From: Candidatus Saccharimonadota bacterium
GTDB lineage: Bacteria > Patescibacteriota > Saccharimonadia > Saccharimonadales > JACQNP01
Reading direction: 5' to 3'
DNA: 61,902 nt
Assembly: GCA_020428005.1 (NCBI GenBank)
Contig: JAGQNP010000002.1
Span: 1-61,902 of the forward strand
The position numbers and the translations under genes were made by a program. A model generated the notes under the pieces. The model searched no databases. It saw only the letters and a list, made by a program, of their open reading frames with translations, and was not told where the DNA came from. Of the stretch, positions 53,271-61,902 are shown piece by piece; the first letter of the stretch is position 1; every line of letters begins with the position of its first letter.

Positions 53271-53851
53271 ATAGAGCTGTCTTTTTTGAGAATGTACCTA
53301 AGTAGTAATTCGCCAAACATCCCTACGAAAAATCCACCAGCAAACAGCATAAAGAAAACAAAATAGTTATACTCGAACCCATAGTGACTACTCATGTAGA
53401 GTAGGAATGCGCTACCTAGCAGCGCACATAGACCACCACCGAGAATACCCGAAGGGCGGGCTATGGTTTTACCACCAACTTCACTAACTGATTCAACAGT
53501 TTTATTATGGATTACTTTACTTAGCAATTTGTCGGGTTTTGATAGCCGTCTACGCACGTTTTTAAGGGTCTTTTGGTAGGCATCCGTCTTTAGCTCTTTT
53601 TGATTAGGGTGATGATGTCCGTGTGATACTGATTCTCGTTCACCGACTGTAAATTCTTTACCACTTACGGCATGGGTTTCTACTTTGGATTTGATATGTT
53701 CAACATGCTCTTTGGTGGTTTCTTGAGATTTGTTTGCTTTTTCGTGGATTCGTTCTAAATTTTTTCGGCTTTCTGCTTCGAGATCAAGCTGTCTTTCGCC
53801 TTTGCTTTCATGTCCGTGATGACCAGATTCTCTAGAATGATGCTTTTGCAT
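53267..53851 (-). CDS. His-rich protein with C-terminal TM segments
   Basis: GHHGHE and SHGHHHPN runs; two C-terminal TMs; co-transcribed with the LPXTG gene (3-nt gap). Confidence 0.45.
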   Translation of the reverse strand: MQKHHSRESGHHGHESKGERQLDLEAESRKNLERIHEKANKSQETTKEHVEHIKSKVETHAVSGKEFTVGERESVSHGHHHPNQKELKTDAYQKTLKNVRRRLSKPDKLLSKVIHNKTVESVSEVGGKTIARPSGILGGGLCALLGSAFLLYMSSHYGFEYNYFVFFMLFAGGFFVGMFGELLLRYILKKDSSI

Positions 53852-53853
53852 AA

Positions 53854-55779
53854 CTACATACCTCCACTTGTTGCATATTCACTACGAATAATGTCAGCTT
53901 CTTTAGCTATTAATCTGCTACGCATAAAGAAGTAGCCTGCCACACTAAAGATCACAAAGCCTGCAGCAAGTGTTTCGCCCGGACCGGTATTGGGCAACTC
54001 TTTAGTGACATACTCAGTTGTCTTAACAATATTTGGTGGCAATTTAACATTAATTACATTGCCATATATATTAGTTAGTTTCATATCATAAGAACCCGGA
54101 TCGGACGTAGAAACTGGGGTTTGAGGAATAGGGTTTTTAATTTTAACTACAATTTTCTTTTCAATAGTCTCACCAGGTTTTATATCAACACCTGGCCACA
54201 CGGCGATTCCGTATTGATCTAGCTTTCCGCCACTAAGGTTAATAATGTCAGCATATTGAAGAACATCAATCAGATTTTCTTGCACCACGTAATTTTTGAT
54301 GGTCGTATTCGTACTCGTATTTTTAGTGAATAGTCTGTAAACGATAGTGTCTCCAGCGGCAGCTACTGTACCATCGGCATTCTCAATGTCCTGAGTCTCG
54401 TTAGTAGCTTTTTTACTAAGAATCAAGCACTCTGTATCGTTCTGGTTATCGTTACTCTCAAGACAAGGCTCCTCAACAATTAATTGTTTTGCACAATCTC
54501 CTGTACGATTACCGCTAGCTTCTTTTCGAGAACCATCATACTTCACGGCTAATCTAAACGTGTATGCACCTGCTTTTTCTGGTTTAAAGGAGCGAGATAC
54601 ATTATCTTCAGCCAGATTATCTGAAAACTTTATTCCTTTAGCTTCTTGTTTATCAATTACTTTGCCAGATGCATCGGTATAGTCATAGTACATATCTACC
54701 AGATCATTTGGTGTAACGTTTTTACCGGATGCTTGGCCTCTAACCGTTACTTCGTCTCCAACAACTATTTTCTGACCACTTCCAAAGCTAGCTATCAGGT
54801 TTGAACACACAATTTCTACTTCAGGAGGTGGAGGAGGTGTTGCCACGTATATATCTTTGTCACAAATACCGGTTGCACTACCACCCGCAGTCTTAGATGA
54901 GCCGTCGTACTTAACGTATAGTTTAAATTTATAGTGCCCAGCTTGGTTCATAGTGAACTCGCGCTCAGTACCATCTTCAGCGTAAGCACCACTAAACGGT
55001 ACGCCACGGGCTGTTTTGGTCCCTAAAACTGATCCCGTACTTACTTTGACGTAGTCATAGTACATATCAACGAGCTCTCCGGGAGGTAAGTTTTCACCCT
55101 TGGCTTTACCTCGCAAGCTAATTGTTGCCCCCAATTCTACCTTTGATCCGTCTGGAACATTCATTGCAAGGTTTGAGCAAGTGATTACTTTTTGCGGTTT
55201 TTCTGTCGGTGGTTTTCCTACAATTACTATGTTCCCACAGTCAAATAGCACCATGAAAGGGGTACCGTTAGATCTGGTACCAACAATTGCCTTATAGTTT
55301 GCATTACCCCAGCCATTTAATAACCTCATATAATAAGTGCCAGAACCGGGTATTGTGACTGGTGTTTCACCTGCTATACCGTAAGGCGCTCGTCCCATTG
55401 AGTATAATTGACCACCATAGTCAGCAGAATTAATAGTTTTTACTTCTCCGAAGAATAGATCCGTACAATTAATACCAAAGTAATCTAGTATTGTTGCGAA
55501 GTCATAATTGTTCGAATTACAGTGATTAACGAGGCTACCTTGTTTTGCCTTATCTGTGGCACCTACTGCACCTCCGGGGATAATATCGTTACCAACCCTT
55601 GCCAAAGTTGGCTCAGGCGGGGAAACAACGGCGAATATTTGAATAAATAGGGCAAGAGCAACAAGCCCAACACCAATACGCCTGACTGATTCTTCTTTGT
55701 GCATACGTTTCGCATAGAAAGAAACCTGATTTATAAGGCTTGGATTGAATGGCAGATTACTGACCAGTTTACGAAACAT
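53854..55779 (-). CDS. LPXTG-type cell-wall-anchored surface protein with tandem repeat domains
   Basis: N-terminal signal anchor. Two ~125-aa tandem repeats (…CSNL…DLVDMYYDY…KYDGS…). C-terminus has LPNTG plus a hydrophobic stretch plus RSR. Confidence 0.7.
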   Translation of the reverse strand: MFRKLVSNLPFNPSLINQVSFYAKRMHKEESVRRIGVGLVALALFIQIFAVVSPPEPTLARVGNDIIPGGAVGATDKAKQGSLVNHCNSNNYDFATILDYFGINCTDLFFGEVKTINSADYGGQLYSMGRAPYGIAGETPVTIPGSGTYYMRLLNGWGNANYKAIVGTRSNGTPFMVLFDCGNIVIVGKPPTEKPQKVITCSNLAMNVPDGSKVELGATISLRGKAKGENLPPGELVDMYYDYVKVSTGSVLGTKTARGVPFSGAYAEDGTEREFTMNQAGHYKFKLYVKYDGSSKTAGGSATGICDKDIYVATPPPPPEVEIVCSNLIASFGSGQKIVVGDEVTVRGQASGKNVTPNDLVDMYYDYTDASGKVIDKQEAKGIKFSDNLAEDNVSRSFKPEKAGAYTFRLAVKYDGSRKEASGNRTGDCAKQLIVEEPCLESNDNQNDTECLILSKKATNETQDIENADGTVAAAGDTIVYRLFTKNTSTNTTIKNYVVQENLIDVLQYADIINLSGGKLDQYGIAVWPGVDIKPGETIEKKIVVKIKNPIPQTPVSTSDPGSYDMKLTNIYGNVINVKLPPNIVKTTEYVTKELPNTGPGETLAAGFVIFSVAGYFFMRSRLIAKEADIIRSEYATSGGM

Positions 55780-55908
55780 TTTTTATTTTCCATTTTTGTT
55801 AAAAATGCTAATGTTATTAAACCATACATTGATGTGTTCAAACAAGAGTTTTTGTTGAGAATAGTAGATATTTCGTCTATAATAGGCCTAACGGGCACAA
55901 AAAGGTAA

Positions 55909-57894
<1,986 letters not shown>

Positions 57895-57895
57895 T

Positions 57896-60439
57896 ATGGC
57901 ACCAGACAACCCAATCGGAGAAGATAAGCAAGAAGTTCCAGTACAGGAAGTACTTGATGTGAGTCATTCAAAAACTGTTGAACTTAGAACAGTTGAAGAT
58001 GTTATGGAGGATAGCTATCTTCGTTATTCAATGAGTGTCATCGTTGCTCGTGCATTGCCAGATGTACGAGACGGACTTAAGCCAGTACATCGTCGAATTC
58101 TTTACTCGATGGAAAAGAATGGCTGGAAGCCTGGTAGCAAGTTTGTAAAAAGCGCTCGTATTACTGGAGACGTCATGGGTAAGTATCACCCTCATGGTGA
58201 CGTAGCTATTTATGATGCAATGGTTCGTCTAGCTCAAGATTGGTCCACTAGGTATTTGCTTGTAGATGGACAGGGTAACTTTGGTTCTATGGATGGCGAT
58301 CCACCGGCAGCTCAGAGGTATACCGAGGCACGTATGGCCAAAGCCGGCCTATCGTTACTTGAAGACATAGATAAAGATACTGTGCCATTCCGTGAGAATT
58401 ATGATGGCAGTGAGATGGAACCAGAAGTTTTGCCAGCAAAGCTACCAAACCTTCTACTCAACGGTCAGATTGGTATTGCAGTTGGTATGGCTACCAACAT
58501 CCCACCGCACAATCTAAGTGAGATTATTGACGCAACTGTCGAACTAATAGACAACCCCGAAGCAACCTTAGAAGACCTCTTGGAATATGTGAAGGGTCCA
58601 GATTTTCCAACCGGAGGCATTATTTATGGTAAGGAATCGATTCGTACCGCACTAGCTAGTGGTAAGGGTGGAGTAGTAGTTCGTGGTGTTGCTAATGTGG
58701 AAGAGAACAAAAAGGGTTTGCAACAGATTATCATTTCCGAAGTTCCTTACGGAGTAAACAAAGCTAGTCTGCTTGAGAAAATCGCTGAACTTTACAAAGA
58801 TAAGAAAATTAGTGGCATACGAGATCTTCGTGACGAGACCGCTCGAGGAGTTGTCAGGGTTGTAATTGATCTCAAAAAGGATGCATATCCCAAGAAGCTT
58901 CTTAACCAGCTATATAAATTAACACCTCTACAACAGACCTTTCATTACAACATGTTGGCACTTATTGATGGTATTCAGCCACGTGTTTTGGGCTTACAGG
59001 ATATTCTTCAGGAATATATAAAACATCGTCAGGTAGTAGTTCGTCGTAGGACTGAGTTCGAGCTTCGTAAGGCAAAGGACCGTGCTCATATACTTGAAGG
59101 ACTTAAGATCGCTCTAGATCATATTGACGAGGTTATTAAGGTTATTCGAGCTAGTCAGACTGTAGAAGAAGCCCAGAACAGCTTAATGAAGAAGTTCAAG
59201 CTTACCGAAATTCAAGCAAAAGCTATATTGGCTATGCAGCTTCGTACTTTGACAGGTTTGCAGCGACAGGAAATCGAGAATGAACTTAAGCAATTGCTTG
59301 AACTTATTGCTAAGTTAGAAGGCATTTTGGCTGACGAAAAGAAAATACTAAAGATTATTAAAGACGAACTTCTAGAAGTTAAGAAACAGTTTGGAGATGA
59401 ACGACGCACTAAGGTTATTCCGCAAGAACTTGGCAAGATGAGCGATGAGGATCTTATACCCGATGAACAAGTAGTGGTTACTCTCACCAGTGCTAACTAT
59501 ATTAAAAGGTCCCAAATTGCTGATTATCGTAAACAAAACCGTGGCGGCAAGGGCAAGAGGGGTATGACCACAAGAGAAGAAGACGTTATCGAGCACGTTG
59601 TTAATGCTAGTACCCATGACTTCTTATTATTCTTCACCAACAAGGGTAGAGTATTTAGACTAAAGACTTACGAAGTGCCAGCAGTTGGCCTAAATGCCAA
59701 GGGTATTGCTTTGGTTAACTTGCTACAACTACAGCCAGAAGAAACGGTTAGCTCAGTTATTAATGTTAGCAAGAAGTCTGATGCTAAGAATCTATTGATG
59801 TGTACAGTCCGAGGAGTGGTTAAGAAGACACCTTTTGAACAGTATCAGAACGTACGACAGACAGGTTTGATTGCCATCAACTTAGACGACGGTGATGAGC
59901 TCAAGTGGATTCGCCAGACAACTGGGGAAGACGAAGTTGTAATCTCTACCTCTCAGGGGCAGGCAATTCGTTTCCACGAGAGCGATGCTAGACCAATGGG
60001 GCGTGTTTCTAGAGGGGTTCGCGGTATCCGTCTGCGAACTGGTGATAAGGTGATTGGCATGGATATTGTCGAAGAAAACTCCAATATATTTGTTATCAGC
60101 GAGTCTGGTTACGGAAAGCGTACTAAAATTGCCCAGTTTACAGCACATAAGCGCGGTGGTGTTGGTATTCGCTCCGCTGTAGTAAATAGCAAGACCGGTG
60201 ATCTAATAGGTGTAAAGAGTCTTGACGGAACTGGCACGCAGGAAGTAATTATTATTTCTCAGCAAGGTCAAACTATACGGCTCGGGTTGAAAGATATACC
60301 AAGTCTTGGTAGAGCAACCCAAGGTGTGCGTATTATGCGCCTCAATGACGGCGACAGAGTCGTTTCATTGGCTCTTGTAGACAAAGTCGAAGAATCAGAC
60401 GAAGAAGAACCAGAAAAGCCAACAAAAGCCCCTAAATAG
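57896..60439 (+). CDS. gyrA: DNA gyrase subunit A
   Basis: [41 protein letters not shown] (catalytic Tyr), GyrA-box-type C-terminal beta-pinwheel repeats. Confidence 0.95.
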   Translation: MAPDNPIGEDKQEVPVQEVLDVSHSKTVELRTVEDVMEDSYLRYSMSVIVARALPDVRDGLKPVHRRILYSMEKNGWKPGSKFVKSARITGDVMGKYHPHGDVAIYDAMVRLAQDWSTRYLLVDGQGNFGSMDGDPPAAQRYTEARMAKAGLSLLEDIDKDTVPFRENYDGSEMEPEVLPAKLPNLLLNGQIGIAVGMATNIPPHNLSEIIDATVELIDNPEATLEDLLEYVKGPDFPTGGIIYGKESIRTALASGKGGVVVRGVANVEENKKGLQQIIISEVPYGVNKASLLEKIAELYKDKKISGIRDLRDETARGVVRVVIDLKKDAYPKKLLNQLYKLTPLQQTFHYNMLALIDGIQPRVLGLQDILQEYIKHRQVVVRRRTEFELRKAKDRAHILEGLKIALDHIDEVIKVIRASQTVEEAQNSLMKKFKLTEIQAKAILAMQLRTLTGLQRQEIENELKQLLELIAKLEGILADEKKILKIIKDELLEVKKQFGDERRTKVIPQELGKMSDEDLIPDEQVVVTLTSANYIKRSQIADYRKQNRGGKGKRGMTTREEDVIEHVVNASTHDFLLFFTNKGRVFRLKTYEVPAVGLNAKGIALVNLLQLQPEETVSSVINVSKKSDAKNLLMCTVRGVVKKTPFEQYQNVRQTGLIAINLDDGDELKWIRQTTGEDEVVISTSQGQAIRFHESDARPMGRVSRGVRGIRLRTGDKVIGMDIVEENSNIFVISESGYGKRTKIAQFTAHKRGGVGIRSAVVNSKTGDLIGVKSLDGTGTQEVIIISQQGQTIRLGLKDIPSLGRATQGVRIMRLNDGDRVVSLALVDKVEESDEEEPEKPTKAPK

Positions 60440-60492
60440 CTAACTGTTTATGCTTGCAAGATAAAGATGAGTAAGTATTCTTTAGGTTAGTT

Positions 60493-60864
60493 ATGGATAA
60501 TGCGCGTATTGCTCATTTTGAAGACAATGAATCACTCAGACAGCTATTAAGTGAGATGTTTCAGTATTATGGTCATGCAATAGTTGGTGTGGCATCTACT
60601 ATGGAGGAAGCGGGTCAATTAGTTGAACATATAGAACCAGGTGAAGTAGACATTGCGATTGTCGACGGCAATCTTACTCGTAATGGACCTGGTCAGGTTG
60701 GTGAAAATAGAGATGGGGCAGAGATTGCCAACTTACTTCGTTCAAAATTTGGTAACAGTGTAACTATTATTGGCTACCCAGGTTACGGTGTTATTGAAGG
60801 GGCTGATGTAAATCTTCAAAAAGGTAAACCACAACTATTAATAGATAAAATCGCCGAAATTTAA
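60493..60864 (+). CDS. stand-alone receiver (CheY-like) domain protein
   Basis: IAHFEDNE (acidic pocket), DIAIVDGNL (phospho-acceptor Asp position), QKGKP (Lys-Pro); 123 aa; no output domain. Confidence 0.5.
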   Translation: MDNARIAHFEDNESLRQLLSEMFQYYGHAIVGVASTMEEAGQLVEHIEPGEVDIAIVDGNLTRNGPGQVGENRDGAEIANLLRSKFGNSVTIIGYPGYGVIEGADVNLQKGKPQLLIDKIAEI

Positions 60865-60913
60865 AAAATTGCTCATGCTTGCAAGTAGTGATTTGGGGTG
60901 ATTAACTCAACTT

Positions 60914-61300
60914 ATGAGTGAGAAACTACCAGAGCTAATGGCTTACGATGCAACGGACAATTCGTATTTAAGTATTGTCCGACAAGCCAGCGATGATGCT
61001 GGGTGGCGATTGATGCCATACGATAATGAAGGTTACGCTATTGATGATTTGGATTCGGTCAAACCGAGTGCAGTTGTTGCGATACTTGGTAGGAATAGTT
61101 TTGCTTATGCGAGTTTTGAGGGAAGACACTTAATAGATGACTCAATTACTCAATCTGTTCCTCTTTCGGTCATTGCAGATTCAAACATGGAATCAAAGCT
61201 CATACTACCCAAAAAAGACCTGTTTATTCCAAAGAGTTCGAGAGAGGTCGTAAATACCCTGACTAATTGGTTGATTAGTCTAGGCAGTAAGGCAGAGTAA
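60914..61300 (+). CDS. hypothetical protein (128 aa)
   Basis: ORF only. Its upstream region has the same ATGCTTGCAAG 11-mer as the preceding gene. Confidence 0.35.
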   Translation: MSEKLPELMAYDATDNSYLSIVRQASDDAGWRLMPYDNEGYAIDDLDSVKPSAVVAILGRNSFAYASFEGRHLIDDSITQSVPLSVIADSNMESKLILPKKDLFIPKSSREVVNTLTNWLISLGSKAE

Positions 61301-61352
61301 CAGATTCATCCGACCACAAACGTTGTAAAAAAGGTTATGCTTAAAAAACTTC

Positions 61353-61381
61353 TTGACACCAATCTTTTAACAGAGTAAGAT
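61353..61381 (+). promoter_or_regulatory. rRNA promoter
   Basis: TTGACA (61353-61358), 17 nt spacer, TAAGAT (61376-61381). It is followed by a ~225-nt leader with hairpins GGTTCGCC/GGCGAACC, GTACCG/CGGTAC and AGTCAG/CTGACT. Confidence 0.55.
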
Positions 61382-61606
61382 TGTCAGAGTCTTTTGGAGC
61401 CTGTATTTAAGTGTCTCCGAAAAGGACGTTAAAAACTTAGATAGTGCAACTTATAGCTTTGACTTTTAGTCATAGCGTAAGTGGGTTCGCCTTCCACGGC
61501 GAACCAATCAACGTCAATTTCAGTACCGGACTTTATCGGTACAAGAATTGTTTTTAAATAGTAATTAGTCAGTTTCTGACTGATGCTAAGTGAGCAAATT
61601 CTACTT

Positions 61607-61902
<296 letters not shown>

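Overview
This 61.9-kb chromosomal segment reads like a small-genome, monoderm Patescibacteria/CPR bacterium, probably Saccharibacteria-like. That placement is an inference from the 16S 5' end at 61607-61902 and from gene content. The standard genetic code applies (TGA is used as a stop, e.g. 2888-2890). All functional calls come from reading motifs by eye; no database search was run.

Contents:
- **Type IV pilus locus (0.36-11.9 kb):** a complete, secretin-less locus with pilM-N-O, a small TM ORF, pilB-T-C, major pilin, pilD and four minor pilins, followed by a Xer-type recombinase.
- **Housekeeping genes:** ndk, PpiC-type isomerase, dapF, nrdR, tgt, thrS, miaA, rpmB, queA, purD-like, rplT-rpmI-infC, NUDIX, comM, gyrB-gyrA.
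- **RNA genes:** tRNA-Arg(CCU), Asp(GUC), Thr(CGU), Gly(CCC), Val(GAC), Pro(GGG), RNase P RNA, and the 5' end of 16S rRNA with its promoter.
- **Regulation:** a T-box-type leader upstream of thrS, an AUU-initiated infC, and a pervasive pattern of (TGn)TATAAT boxes 6-9 nt upstream of start codons, which predicts leaderless mRNAs.
- **Less ordinary content:**
  - a canonical WhiB-like Fe-S regulator in a three-gene unit next to a scarred tRNA-Pro locus;
  - an orphan 1003-aa SF2 helicase with a degenerate P-loop and a ~600-aa unassigned C-terminus;
  - a stand-alone GGDEF protein;
  - a TraG/TraD/HerA-like 1046-aa membrane ATPase module behind a ~1-kb very AT-rich ORF-free gap and a structured leader, convergent with an LPXTG repeat protein;
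  - tRNA-Val and tRNA-Pro 3'-end duplications;
  - two ORF-poor promoter/terminator-bounded units that may be sRNAs.

I saw no CRISPR array, IS element, phage-type integrase, restriction-modification system or recognisable defence system. The best candidates for something undescribed are the ATPase module at 49.0-53.3 kb (with its neighbours to 55.8 kb), the helicase at 33.3-36.3 kb, the WhiB unit, and the orphan RNA unit at 23.29-23.50 kb.
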